The position numbers were made by a program, and so were the translations under genes. Below the pieces are notes generated by a model. It saw nothing but the letters and a program-made list of their open reading frames with translations, ran no database searches and was not told the origin of the DNA. Shown piece after piece: positions 14,890 through 29,060 of a DNA stretch of 64,000 nucleotides; position 1 is the first letter of the stretch, and the number at the start of each line of letters is the position of its first letter. The DNA is taken from NCBI RefSeq assembly GCF_006345805.1, contig NC_043001.1, positions 68,572,001 to 68,636,000 on the forward strand. The letters run 5' to 3'. The DNA comes from Octopus sinensis (taxonomy: Eukaryota).

Positions 14890-15319
14890 ATTATTATTAT
14901 TATATCACATGTATTATTATGATATCACTGGTATTATTATTTGGGCCTCAGATTCCTGCGCTATCAGAATAGTAGTAGTTGTAGTATTTATAGTATTAGT
15001 AGCTGCAGTATATTATCATTATTTTATTTTTTTCATTATTACCATCACCACCATCACCACTGTTATTATTATTACTATTTCCATTTATTATTAAATGTTC
15101 TTTATTTTACACTTTTGTCTTTTACTAGAGATTATCATAAATATGTAGTTGCTGAAAGAAATAGTTGGTGGGCAAGTCAGCCATAGAGACAAAAGAATCT
15201 TCGCACCCTTTGAGTCAGCAGAGATCAAATGTGTTGTTTACTACTACCAGCGCCCACTAAGAGCGCTGACCTTGCTCTTGGCAAGAAGCAATTCTATATA
15301 CATTATTATACCGTGAAAA

Positions 15320-15838
15320 TACTGATAAGGCACACAAAGTGTGTCAATAGCCAGCTAAAGGAAGTGTCTTCCTTGTGATACACGCTACAATAGCATCCAC
15401 CCTTAACGGTTAGCCACGTTTAAGTGGCAAATATACTTTACAAAGTCGTGCAGCTGCTGTTTATACCTTGCTCAGAGATTTATTATTGCTTGTTTACACT
15501 TTTTCGAGATCAGGGACTTCGCCACTGGAAAAAGGATATATATATATTTGCATTGGGAACCACTTCACATCGACAACCGGTGTTTGTCGCACGCTGACGA
15601 TCCAGAGACTCGGGTCTGTGTGTATCACGTCATGTTGGATATGGTAAGGATGGCTTCCCTTTGCAATACTGATAGGACACAGAAAGTGTGTCAATAGCCA
15701 GCTGGAGGAGGTGTCTTCTTGGGGCTACAAGCTACAGTAGCATCCACTCTTAAGAGCTAGCCACGTTTAAGTGGCAAATATACTTCACGATGTCGTGCTG
15801 CTGCTGTTTATACCTCGCTCAGAGATTTATTATTGCTT
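15320..15838. repeat. Diverged direct repeat of about 170 bp (15320-15490 and 15667-15838)
   Basis: tactgata...gtgtgtcaatagccagct...tagccacgtttaagtggcaaatatactt...gctcagagatttattattgctt present twice, about 347 bp apart. Confidence 0.85.
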
Positions 15839-15849
15839 AAGTTACTAAA

Positions 15850-16620
15850 CTTACATATCTACGGTTTTCGAACACATAAACGATCAACTTTTAAAACTTT
15901 AATATCTACAACTACTGTGAATACCTATCATTTCCTTTCTCCCTGAGTATTCGGAAATGTAAACATTTATTCCAAGAAAAATGTAGTCTCCAGTAAATTT
16001 TAAAACCTTAATATGTACATTTCTCTCTAAAGCTTTTACCTTCCTCTTCTTTCCTTTCCTTTCTCCCTAAGTATTCGAAAATGTAAACATCCTTTTTATT
16101 GCAAAAAACTACAGTCTTCTCTGAACGGACATACAAACGAACATCTCAAAATCATTTAGAAACTTTAATATCTCCAATTTTGTGTGAACATTTTATCTTT
16201 CCCTTTCCCCTGAGTACCAGAATATATAAACATGCCTTTTATTGTAACATCACAATTAAATGAACGGAAAAAAATTAAGGAGGTAAGCACCTGCAAATAT
16301 ATAAATACTGCACAACTACAAAAATTGTAAATCACAGCAAAAAGTTTAAAAAGAAAAGAAAAATTCCAAAAGAAAAAGAACTTCAGAAATTCAAAAATTC
16401 AAATAGGTAAAACTCTCTTTCTCCTACTATTCCTAAATACTGGAATATCTACCATTTCCTATGAATATTTTAAATGTCCCTCGAAATAAGTTAGGAATTT
16501 ACATGCCTACAACTTTCGAAACCACAAACGATCAGTTAAATAAAAAACTTTAACATCTACAACTTCTGTGAATACCTATCCTTTCCTTTCTCCATGAGTA
16601 TTCGAAAAATGTAAACTACC
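15850..16620. repeat. Degenerate minisatellite (aaactttaatatctacaact..ctccctgagtattcgaaaatgtaaac)
   Basis: At least 4 copies; also at about 45745-45930. Confidence 0.75.
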
Positions 16621-16637
16621 ATTATTAATATTATTAA

Positions 16638-16683
<46 letters not shown>

Positions 16684-17126
16684 GAGTGAGAGAGCAGTTC
16701 ATGCCATCAAAGTGACACTGGGGTAAAATATACGAAGCCCAATATACCCATCATGACTACCCGTCTGATAAAGGTACACCAGGCACATGCATCACAACCA
16801 TATGTGCGCGACATGGTGATCTCATATCAAGATAAACAGCACATGACCTTGCAGGTGGGGCCCAGTTAGAATTTTCTTCAGGTTGAGTAGCCCATCCCGC
16901 TCAAACGGTCCCTGAATAAGGGTTGTTTAAGGATGTTGAAAGAACCACCCATGTTTCCAGAGGTGAACTATTCAAACCCCAAAGAATCCCTCTCAACACA
17001 TGGCTATGATGCTCCCCCACTACTTCTGCTCGTGATCAGAGATGCACATATCGTCAGCCACTAAGGGACATGCTCAACTGGTTAAGGTCAAACAACTGAC
17101 AAGCAAATCTGTGGTATTGAGCAGAA

Positions 17127-17128
<2 letters not shown>
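16684..17128 (-). mobile_element. Truncated second copy of the 10719 element
   Basis: Same terminus gagtgagagagcag.. abutting (TTA)n; truncated into (TTA)n at the other end. Confidence 0.75.
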
Positions 17129-17157
<29 letters not shown>

Positions 17158-17159
<2 letters not shown>

Positions 17160-17438
17160 CTAGTTTTATTTTTATAGCCTACTTTCACTTCACTACCGAG
17201 CGCAGCTCTGTGTGCCTTGGGTATGTGCTGTGATTTGTTGTGATGCTCTGGTGGCTTTGTATGGAAAGTGTTCTCGTAGGATGTGTGCAGTGCCTAGCAA
17301 TGCAATTTTCTGTATGTTATATGTGTTTGTAAGTCCTGGTGTTTTTGTTATGTATTTGTCTGAATATTTTTTATCATGCCTAATGCACCTACTATGATAG
17401 GAATTGTTTCTGTTTTTAGATTTCACATTCTGGTTACC
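17158..17438 (-). mobile_element. 3' end of an R4/Dong-like element
   Basis: C-terminal IQKIALLGTAHILR motif, short 3' UTR, (TAA)n flanks. Confidence 0.75.
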
Positions 17439-17451
17439 TCTTTTATTATTA

Positions 17452-17526
<75 letters not shown>

Positions 17527-17549
17527 CATTATTATTATCATTATCATCT

Positions 17550-17584
<35 letters not shown>

Positions 17585-17609
17585 GTTATTATTATTATTA
17601 TTATTATTA

Positions 17610-17670
<61 letters not shown>

Positions 17671-18052
17671 CAGTTCAATAGTCTTTATCCGAGTCGATAT
17701 TATGGGAAGCTGTAGTATAAAAAATATAATTTATATTATATTTGTTCTAATTTTTGAGGAATTGTTAAACTTTTACAATTATTTTTATGTTTGCATCTAC
17801 TTAAGTCGTGATTATCCAGGTAATTGTTGTTATAGGTTATATTTGCGGGAGGCCTTCTTCCCTCGTGTTTACTTCCTGGAACTCCACTTCGTTGTCTCAT
17901 TTTTCCACAGCAAAATCTCTATCAGTTGATGGATAAAGAGATATTACGTTCATAATACATACCAAACAACTGTTGAGGTCGTTTGATATGATACACTCAC
18001 TGACTCTACCAAGGAGGTCTTCAGCGCTCACTCAGATACCGGTTACATCTTA

Positions 18053-18440
18053 ATGAGCAGTCGCAGTATTTGCGAGAGTTTTTTCCCCACCGAGTCCGAA
18101 CGAGGAAAGCTAACTACCATCAAAACTGACAACGAAGAAGAATGCCACAGTATACTAGAGTTGCTGGACTATACTCACCCAAGATCCAGAGGACAACAAT
18201 CAGGTGAGAAGATAGTTTCACATATATTAGGCGCTAGTGTAATAGTCGTTTTGAAGAAGCACATAATCAAGTAAACTAAGGAATTGTATATGCAGGTTCA
18301 AGGAACAGTCATCAGTGCCGGTGTGGCTGGTGACATGGCTAGCCTCTTCGTGACCTCGTGGGTCAAAAAACTTAGGTAATGATGAACACTCTATATTTTT
18401 AATACTATGCTGTAGGTTTGTAGATTATATCAATATTCCA
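18053..18440 (+). pseudogene. Decayed Penelope-like reverse transcriptase fragment
   Basis: ELYMQVQGTVISAGVAGDMASLFVTSWVKKL followed by CRFVDYINI, resembling the Y.Q..G..G and RYVDDI motifs. Confidence 0.55.
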
Positions 18441-19113
18441 GTTAGGACAATCCCATATGGTCGTACCGAAGAAGGCGGCTGAAGTACGATGAAGAGCATC
18501 CAACGCATAATAAATTACATTCACCAGTGTATCATGGTAACTTCAACAATCAGTGTATCTAGGTAAACCTAGCAAAAGACCCCCGCCTGTCCTTGATACC
18601 GAACTCATGTTTAGAGACTGCAAAGAAATCTAGAAGAGTTGCTGCTTAGTTTTTAGTCCAGCGCAGGAACGTTTCTGCTAGCTCACCGCTGAAGTGAAAG
18701 TGATTTGATTTCACAGTATATTTGATTTCGCTTTGAATGTGCCGTTCAATTGTTCCTATCTGTCCAGAAGCTACAATGGAATGATTTGATTAGCTGTTTT
18801 TTGAACTACGTTGCACAAATATTACTCTAGACATCTTCATAAATAGGCAGCTTCCAGTCAAATCACGGTATTTTTCGGAAAGAGCCGTTTGGTATCTACT
18901 TAAATCCAAGTTATATTCCACGGTCCTTTTCATGAGACAGGGAAACAGTTTGTCTCCTTGAACCATTAAAAGATATTTTTAATTCAAAGGTTCGTTAATG
19001 TTTGTTTTCCCCTATTCTGCATTTGCATGAGTGCCATTCTTTCTACACAGAATTCTTTCTCTTTCTCCTCTTCTCTCTCTCTCTACACACACACATATAT
19101 GAATATATATACG

Positions 19114-19171
<58 letters not shown>

Positions 19172-19460
19172 TATATGTCTGCTTATTTATGTATGTGTTT
19201 ATATACATATATGTATAGATACAGATACACAGGTAGCTGCAAAGAAAGAAATATATAGAAATATACATTTACACGTAAGATTTCATTGAAAGCACAAATG
19301 GTTTTATTTTTAGACCGGCAATCTGAGACGTAAAAGATGGATTTACTATATGAGAACATTTCAGCCTGCAATAAAAATTGTTATTTCATTCGAGCTAGTT
19401 TGAAACATAAGAATCATCTATCTTTTCTTTCAAACACATGCACACCACCAATTCGCGCAC

Positions 19461-19491
<31 letters not shown>

Positions 19492-19514
19492 CATACACAC
19501 ATAAACATGAATTT

Positions 19515-19551
<37 letters not shown>

Positions 19552-20095
19552 TCATATATGCATATACGTATATATAAAAATGAAAAGAAAATGGAGATAT
19601 ACAATTGTCAAATCAAAAATTAAAATTTATTAACACTATTATATTCTTTTCTACTCTAAGCGCCAGACCCAAAGTTTTGGGGGAGGGTGACAGTCGATTA
19701 GATCGACCCTAATACGCAACTGGTACTTAATTTATCGACCCTGAAAAAATGACTAAGCATTAATATTATATTATAACCATATAATCTATATACATGTATA
19801 TAATCCTTTGTCCCTTTGTCTGTTCCCAATGCATTTTCAGACCAAATCAAATCAAATTTCACATGGTAATACTATCAGACCCCGTGAGTATCAACATGAA
19901 AATTCTTTTAGATTAAAACAATGTAATATCGGCATTGGTTCCGTATTTCGTGTCAATGCTCGAAGAATAAAAGTGAAAGAATGACATCCATGTTGTGATG
20001 TGATATATTGTTTCACTTTTATAATTTTACTTTTAATTCTAACCACGCCGACGACGTCACAGTTTGTATATGACTGTGAATGTATGTGTGTGAGT

Positions 20096-21130
20096 CAGGT
20101 TTGCTAATTTAGCATATTTTATGCTAGATCTAGCATTTTTTCCGCAGTTAGCAGAAATTTTTTTGAATCTAGCATTTAGAAGGAAAAATAGCAGGTTTAA
20201 AATTTTATTTAGCCTTTTTTAGCATTTTTCTCTGATCATGAAATTTCTGCAATCGCTATCCTTTTTTCTTCTTTTTCCTCCTTTTCTCCTTTCATTAATG
20301 TATCTTATAGCCAAATTTTAGTACTATCGGCTATTGTTGAATTTTTCTTTCACTTTCTTGAAAATTCAAATGAAAGTTTATCAAGTTATGAGCTTTTCCA
20401 GTCACCCCCGCCCCACCGGTTTGGATACAGAGAAATGCTGGTGGGAGAGGGGGAGAAGATGACTCATATCAGCACCTGAACTCACTACACAATAATGTAA
20501 ATATGTTGCAAAGAATGAAAGCATGGAAATTCGTCCTAACAATGCTTTAGTCTGTAGTGTTGTACAAAATGTGCAAATATTGTGAGAAATGTTCTACTCC
20601 ATATTTTGATGGAGATTTGATTTCTGCTATAGGAGATAGAAAATTTAGCCTGTTATTAGGTGAATCCAATGCAATATCGATAAACATGTTGTTAGGAATT
20701 GTTATATATTATAGTGACGCAAAAATGTGGTACATACATATCTCAGTATGGTATCTTTAGAAACATGTGATGCAAATGGCATTGTAGAAGCCTTACAAAT
20801 TGAAATAGTGAGAAAGAAATCAGATATAAAATAATTTACTGGCTATAGGAACTGACAACGATAGAGTAATGATAGGAGTCAACAATGGTGTTTTCCCAGA
20901 AATTAAAAGAAGTTCCATCATTACTTCTATTTAGATATGTATGTCATTCTTTACAGTTGGCGTTATCCCACACTTGTGCTGAATTCTTCTCCATAAATTC
21001 TTGAATTTTTAGTATCCGAAACCTATCAATAGTCCTCGCACTCTTCAACAAGATAAAGTGCCTACAAACAACTTTACCTTGCTCTTCATGATAAAGAGCG
21101 TTTGAAGAACGTGAATTCTTGTACAACTAG
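20096..21130 (+). mobile_element. hAT transposon remnant with transposase pseudogene
   Basis: Starts caggtttgc with subterminal tagca repeats; KFSLLLGES..IS, LLAIGTDN..VMIGVNNGV, VCHSLQLA motifs. Confidence 0.75.
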
Positions 21131-21906
21131 GTAACTATATGTTTCACTTTTATACTTTTACTTCTAATCCTAACCACGACAACGACGTTTGTCAGTGTAT
21201 TAGTGTGTATATATCTCACAGTGTGTGTCTTTCCCAGTTAGGTACGTTATTAAATACACTATATGTATGTGAGGGCTGGTTAACCACGACGACGTCACAT
21301 TTTGTATATGACTGTGTATCTGTCTGTGAATGTGCATGTGTGAGTGTGTATATGTCTCAGAGTGCCTATGTTTCCGCGTTAGGTACATTATCAAACACAC
21401 TATACGTCTCACTTTTATACTTTTACTTTTAATTCTATCCATGACGGCGACGACGACGATGTCACATTCTATATATGACTGTATATCTGTCTGTGAATGT
21501 ATGTGTGTGAGTGCATGAGTGTGTATATGTCTTACAGTGTATGTGTGTCTTTCCGCGTTAGGTACGTTATTAAATATAATATAGGTATATGAGGGCTGGT
21601 CAGTGTCAATACAAAATTTTATTTTCATTTCCATTAAAACAATATACCATTTCATAGAGATAATCTTTCTATTTACAGATATGTACTTGCATAGCAAGTG
21701 ATTTGAACTGAGATCGTGTGCTCGGAAAAGATATATATATATATATATATATATATAATCTTCGACAGAGTAACAGTTATATATACAACTTGAACAAACA
21801 CATATCAGTACATAAACATACATTTACATGTACATAAACATATACACACACGCAGACACATCTACACGCTTGCATACGTGAATATTCTCATACATACGTA
21901 CTTGGC

Positions 21907-21959
<53 letters not shown>

Positions 21960-23136
21960 ATTGGTACATGTATGCATACACACACACATACACATATATA
22001 AACACATATATATCATAAACTAACTGTTACTTTTCCAGAGGCAGACGATTTCATAGCTAACTGGTCGCGGTTTCAAATCGACGAAAATATTTGACACACA
22101 TGAAATTTAAATGTTGAAGTGAAAATGACGTATATTGTGTGTTCTTGAATAGCTTACAAACACCTTCCACGCCACAATCTTTCTATTGAAAACAGGACAT
22201 TTTATACCACGACGATATAGTCGTCAAATTTTGTATATGACTGTGTATCTGTCTGTGAGTGCACGTGTGTATATGTATGAGTGTGTATATGTCTCATAGT
22301 GAGTGAGTCTTTTCGCGCTAAGTACGTTATTCAACACACACATCTACACATACATATACACATGTAACGGTACGTTATCAATCACACACACACATCCACA
22401 CATACATATACATGTGACAACTGACGACGATGACATCACATTTTCTATATGACTGTGTATTTGTCTTTGAATGTATGTATGTGAGTGAATGGGTGTGTAT
22501 ATGTCTCACAGTGTGGCTGTCTTTCCGCGTTAGGTAAGTTATTAAACAATAATACTATAATACGTATAGTATTAAACCATACGTATAATACGGCTGGTCA
22601 GTTTCAATACGAAACTTTATTTTCATTTTGATTAGAACAAGATAACTTCTCATAGAGATACTATTTCTATTGTGAACACGATATTTTATACCACAACGAA
22701 ACGACGTCTCATTTTTTATATGTATTTATTTGTCTGTGAGTGCATGTGTGTAAGTGTATGTGAGTGTGAATATGTCTCAGTGTGTGTGTCTTTCCGCGTT
22801 AGATACGTTATTAAACACACACACATACACACACATCTACACATATATGTACATATGTGAAACCTGACATATGTGAATGTATGTCTGTGTGTGTCTATCT
22901 TACTATATGTATGTGAGGATTGGCCAGTGTCAATACGAAATTATATTTTCACTTCGAGAAAAACAATATAGCATTTCATAGGGACAATATTTCTGTTGTC
23001 AACATGACATTTTCTACCACGACGTCAACGTCGAACTTTATATATGACTGTGTAACTGTCTTTGAATGTATGTGTGTTAGTGTATGAGTGTGTATATATC
23101 TCATAGTATGTGTCATTCCGCGTATTAAACATACAC

Positions 23137-23265
<129 letters not shown>

Positions 23266-23558
23266 AATGTACGATAAAATCTTTTTCGAAAAAAATTTTA
23301 TCAATGGCCAGCATATTAAAAAATGCCTTTAAAGGTTAAAGTTATGAACAATTCATAAATAAGGGCAAACGAAAAAATTTCTAATGCCGAATATGCCGAA
23401 AAATTGGACATATTGTCCATTAACCATATAATTTTTTCACAATACGCACGCTACTCGGATTATATATATAAATGTAGGTTCCGGGTTGAGTCGGGGTTAA
23501 CCACAGTAAATAAGGTACTCAATACATAGCAGAGTAAATTAATTTATTTTATAGAAGG

Positions 23559-23609
23559 AGCTTCTACAGGACTAGAACTGTTTCATTCAAATGAAATCAT
23601 CAGGAAGCT
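23559..23609 (-). ncRNA. Type I hammerhead ribozyme motif (CUGAUGA core, GUA site)
   Basis: agcttc CTGATGA tttcatttgaat GAAA cag-ttctagtc-ctg TA gaagct; 6-bp stem I; stem II closing pair non-canonical. Confidence 0.7.
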
Positions 23610-24005
23610 TGCTTTCGAAGTAAGATCTGGCATTTATACATTTAGGCAGATTTAATGGGGTGGTGGTGGGGGACATTTTTGGGGTAAGCAGGGCACAAAC
23701 TGTCTTTCTTAGGGGAGTGGTCAAAAGAATCAGTGATAAAGTAAATAAATGAATAAATAGAATAATTGAATAGAGTTTTAGGTAAATTAGAAGAATATCG
23801 CTTTTAGTCAGTTTGTTGTTGTTGTTATTAAGTGGAGGGAAGAAGTAGATAAGTATACGTAAAAGAACATATAAAATAAATATACATACAAACCCACATA
23901 CATACACATACGAATATCCATATACATACATATACATATGCCCATGTATATACATACAGACACACACATACATACATATAAATACACTAGCACATATATA
24001 TATAT

Positions 24006-24040
<35 letters not shown>

Positions 24041-24580
24041 CAAATATATACACATACACATACATACACATACATACACATACACATATATACATACACA
24101 CATATATACAGATACACGTACACATACATGCAAACACGCAAACACACGCACACATATATCTACACATATATATATAAATATACACACCCATACACACACA
24201 CACATATATATATTTTTTTTCCTTTCTCTCCTCATCTTCCTCCCTTATTTTATTTTTATTTTTATTTTCCCTTGACCTTCTTTAAAATCATAAAAGGTAT
24301 AATATATGACCTACCTACCCGCCGACACACATTTAGTGGCGCTAGAGTAGACAAACGCCAAAAGTTCCTAGAACTCCCCAGGGTTCCAGCAGGCCTAAAT
24401 GAAATCCATCTACCGCTCCCCTCTCCCTTCCTTTATATCTCTTTACCCGCAGATACAAACGCAAATACTCACACACACACACACACTCACACGCACCCTC
24501 ATACACATACACAAACCCACATGTTCTCTCACTCATTTCCTCCTCATCCACTTATACATATGTATATATCTCTCTCTACA

Positions 24581-24633
<53 letters not shown>

Positions 24634-24801
24634 ATATACACACACAAGTACACATATGCATACATACATAAATGTACCCACTTTCACATAAACGTATACA
24701 TAACTATGTACACACAAACACACATATATAAACGTACTTCAGTACCACCACCCCATTAAATCTGCCTAAATGTATAAATGCCAGATCTTATTTCGACCGC
24801 A

Positions 24802-24851
24802 AGCTTCCTGATGATTCATTTGAATGAAACAGTTCTAGTCCTGTAGAAGCT
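24802..24851 (+). ncRNA. Type I hammerhead ribozyme motif, inverted partner of 23559-23609
   Basis: agcttc CTGATGA ttcatttgaat GAAA cag-ttctagtc-ctg TA gaagct, inside about 120-bp inverted arms 23549-23667 / 24744-24863. Confidence 0.7.
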
Positions 24852-24859
24852 CCTTCTAT

Positions 24860-24899
<40 letters not shown>

Positions 24900-24900
<1 letters not shown>

Positions 24901-25785
24901 ATAAGAATGAATGTTTTTATATATAATGAACGTGAAATACAGGAAGGGACGAACACGGAACACAGACAAATCTTCGAAGCCTTCAATCTTCAGTCAGACA
25001 CCGAATCATCATAGCAAATTTCGGCTGTTCAATTCTGATATTTGCTCCAACTCGGCCAGCCCCAAGAAAAAAACTAAGCTGTAAGCATTAGATTTCTTGG
25101 TAGAAGACAGGAATGTGAACGCACAAGACGGATGTAAATACAAGAGACGAAACGAAATTGAAAACAGTAATGAATAAACAAAATATATATAACGGTGGTT
25201 GTCATACGACTTTAGACCAAATGAGACAAAAACAACAACAACATAGCTGGCGTAGAAATAATTACCGTTTCGGTAGCGGGGACACATGTTGGTCGAGATA
25301 CGATGGCCAACAGAATGGTTTAAGAAGCAGCAGGTTGCAGGAGAGAGAGAGAAAGAGAGACAGATATATATATATATATATGTATCAACTAACATGCGTG
25401 AATGTATGTGAGTATATGCAGGAACATTTTATACCATAACGACGACAACGTCACATTTTGTATAAATTGTATTCCTGTCTGTGCGTGTATGAGTGTTGAT
25501 GTGTCTGTAAATGTGCGTGTTTCCGTGTTACGTGACTTATTAAACGCATACAGACATCTACACGTACATATAAATATGTGACGACTGATATGCCTAAATG
25601 TATTTATGTGAGTTCTAGAGGTGAAACGCTTGAAAAATAAAAAAAAGCAAATAAAAAGCAATGCGGTGCAAGGGTCAAAGCACATATAAAAGTACACATT
25701 TACTGCTCCATTACTAGTTAATAATTATTGCAAAGTTGTAATGTATTTACAATTACATATTTAACCTTATATTAAGAAATTGATC

Positions 25786-25820
<35 letters not shown>

Positions 25821-26660
25821 AGAGAACAAGATGTACGTTACGCCGTAATAATATATATATAAAAAATATATATAAAAATTCAAAATGGGACAAGAACGCA
25901 AACCACTCAAAGAGACGACACAAAAATCGGACGGGTCATTCGAAGCCTCTAATCTTCAGTCAAGAGCCGGATCATCCTAGCAATTTCGGCTGATTAATCT
26001 TGAGATCGCTCCGATCCGGCCAGCCCCAAGGAAAAACTAAGCTACGAGCATTAGATTTCATGGAAAAAGGATCGAATGTATACGAAACAAGGACAGAAAA
26101 ACGGACGATGCCACACGAATATAAATACAAAAAACAATAATAGTAATAACAGGACAAAAACAGCGGGTGTCTTACGACTTTAGACAGTTCAACTTAGCTT
26201 AGCTGGCGTATTTGGAAAAAAATGCCTTTACGGCAGACGAAGAAATCGATATTGTCGTGGCGGTGGTCAGAAGCCGAAAGGCTAGTTGACCGGCGGTCAC
26301 GTGAGAGGAGAAGAGAGAAAAAAAAAGGGGGCAAAGGAATCAAAGAGAGAGAGAAAAAGAGGGACAAAGGCACCAAAGGATGGGGAGAAGAGAGAGAAAG
26401 AAGGAATTAAAGAGGGGAGAAGAAAGAGAGCGTGCCAAAGATTGGCTTGACGACAGAATCAGTGAGGTGTAAAGTGAGAAAGACAGAGAAATGTGAGAGA
26501 GTGGGGGAAGAGGAAACCAAAGAATCAGAGGCGAGAAAAGAGAAAGACAGAGACTAGTGAAGTATAGAGAAAGTGTGTGTAGAAGTCGTACAATAGTGGA
26601 ATCCTTACATACATAAGAGAACAAGATGTACGTTACGCCGCAATAATATATGTATAAAAA
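24900..26660 (-). mobile_element. Two diverged copies of an unclassified repeat (about 24900-25345 and 25860-26400)
   Basis: Shared cgaagcct..aatcttcagtca..atttcggctg..ggccagccccaag..aactaagct..gcattagatttc; both in TA tracts; strand inferred. Confidence 0.6.
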
Positions 26661-27289
26661 AAATATATATATATAATTCTTGTTTCCCTGTAATAATTAT
26701 TGTGGCATTTACTGTTAAAATAGCTGTTCCATACATGTGCTTCGATTTCATTCATTTGCTTATATTTCGTCAATTTACACTGCATTCAAAAAATAGAGAC
26801 ATACTATATACATACCGCGCGATAAGCCATCAGAATTTACTTTTTCAAGTAATTCATTACTACATTTTGTCACTTTATATTTCTTATTCTAGCGACACAT
26901 CAGCAATTCAATGTCAACCCTTCGCCTTCTGCAACATTTCAACAGTTTACTTCCCCGTTGCCGTCTCCCGTTGCTGCCCATTTCTGGAATGTACTCACTT
27001 ACGTACACACGTCTCCATTACACCTCCATACAATGGGTCATGTTAGACAGAGCGCTGGGTCATGTTAGACAGAGCGCTGACCGCCTCAAAGGTGAGTATA
27101 TCCGCTGAAAGCCTTTCAGCGGTTTCAAAAATGACATACTCACCACACCCAATTTTCAATGATAGGTTAGGTTATGAAATACACCAAATGGACGTATTAC
27201 ATGTCGCTTAGTCGAATTAGACCATTTACTCCACACATGTTTTATCGTAAATGCTGGACTTTCCCGTGTCACCTGTTTCAGCATAACTG

Positions 27290-27347
<58 letters not shown>

Positions 27348-27446
27348 CTCTTAGGGTAGCAAAAATATTTATAGAAAAATTCTTTGTTATCAGAGATCTG
27401 CGAGAAGGAAAAATTTAGTCAATAGGCTATACATTATTCATAGAAA

Positions 27447-27817
27447 AATACAGTGTACATTCAAACACATAAGAGATTACCAATAATAGGAAATGTGACT
27501 CACTAGGAAGGGCAGTTAAAACTCCAAGCCACTAATAGCTGCAATATGATAAAAGTTTTTGGGCTAATTTTGAATGAAAATCGGCAATTTATTTACTGCC
27601 GGATAGTTCCGCATTTGCGCGGAGGATTCGAAAAATTATAAAATATAGACACGTGGTATGCTACTTATCGCCTGGGTAAATAGGGTAAATATTTTTACTT
27701 TTCATTTCCTTTCAGAATAGCAACTATTAGTGGCTTGGAGTTTTAACTGCTCTTTCTAGTGAGTCAAATTTCCTATTATTGGTAATCTCTTATGTGCTTG
27801 AATGTACACTGTATTCT
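27447..27817. repeat. Inverted repeat with about 95-bp arms (27447-27542 / 27720-27817)
   Basis: aatacagtgtacattcaa..actccaagccactaatag and its reverse complement; few mismatches. Confidence 0.85.
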
Positions 27818-27844
27818 TATTATATATATATATATATATTCTAT

Positions 27845-27889
<45 letters not shown>

Positions 27890-27961
27890 TTTTATATATA
27901 TATTTATATATATATATAGTTATATATATATTTATATATATATATATTTATATATATATTC

Positions 27962-27993
<32 letters not shown>

Positions 27994-27998
27994 CTATC

Positions 27999-28035
<37 letters not shown>

Positions 28036-28121
28036 CTATATATATATATATATAGTACTATATATATATATATATATTATATATATATCTATCTATCTAT
28101 ATATATATATAAATATTATAA

Positions 28122-28166
<45 letters not shown>

Positions 28167-28246
28167 ATATATATATATATATTATATATATGTATCTATA
28201 TATATATATATAATATAATATATATATATTTATATATATATGTATC

Positions 28247-28283
<37 letters not shown>

Positions 28284-28473
28284 ATATATATATATATATT
28301 TATATCTATCTATCTATCTATATATATATATATATATTTATATCTATCTATCTATCTATATATATTATATTTATATTTATATATATATCTATATATCTAT
28401 ATATATACTATATTTATATAATATCTATCTATATATATAATATATATATATATATTTATATATTCGATCTATC

Positions 28474-28508
<35 letters not shown>

Positions 28509-28674
28509 CTATATTATATATAAATTATATATATATATCTATCTATATATATATAAATTTATATATATATCTATATATATATATGATAATATATATATAT
28601 TTATATATATCCTATATATATATATATTATTATATATCTATCTATATATATAATATATTATATATATATCTATA

Positions 28675-28709
<35 letters not shown>

Positions 28710-28880
28710 TATATATATATATATTTATATATATTATATATATATATATAATATATATATTGATATATATATATATATATATAATCGATATATATATATA
28801 TATTTATATATATATATCTATATATATTTATATATATATCTATATATATTTATATATACATCTATATATATATATATCTT

Positions 28881-28933
<53 letters not shown>

Positions 28934-29060
28934 ATATCTATATATATTAATATATGTATATATATATATATCTCTCTCCTCTATATATATATATATCTAT
29001 ATATATATATATCTATATATATATCTATCTATATCTATCTATATATATATCTATATATAT
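27818..29060. repeat. Long imperfect (TA)n/(TATC)n tract
   Basis: Direct reading. Confidence 0.95.

Noticed and set aside
22040-22095. Plus-strand acceptor followed by ADDFIANWSRFQIDENI-stop
   Set aside because: Short, no partner exon found, and embedded in the satellite array
25940-26030. CTGAAGA and GAAA motifs on the minus strand (also near 24975-25060)
   Set aside because: Could not build consistent stems I-III in any hammerhead topology
27036-27122. 22-bp tandem duplication and ccgctgaaa-gcc-tttcagcgg hairpin
   Set aside because: Local duplication and an isolated hairpin; a bacterial terminator reading is not meaningful here
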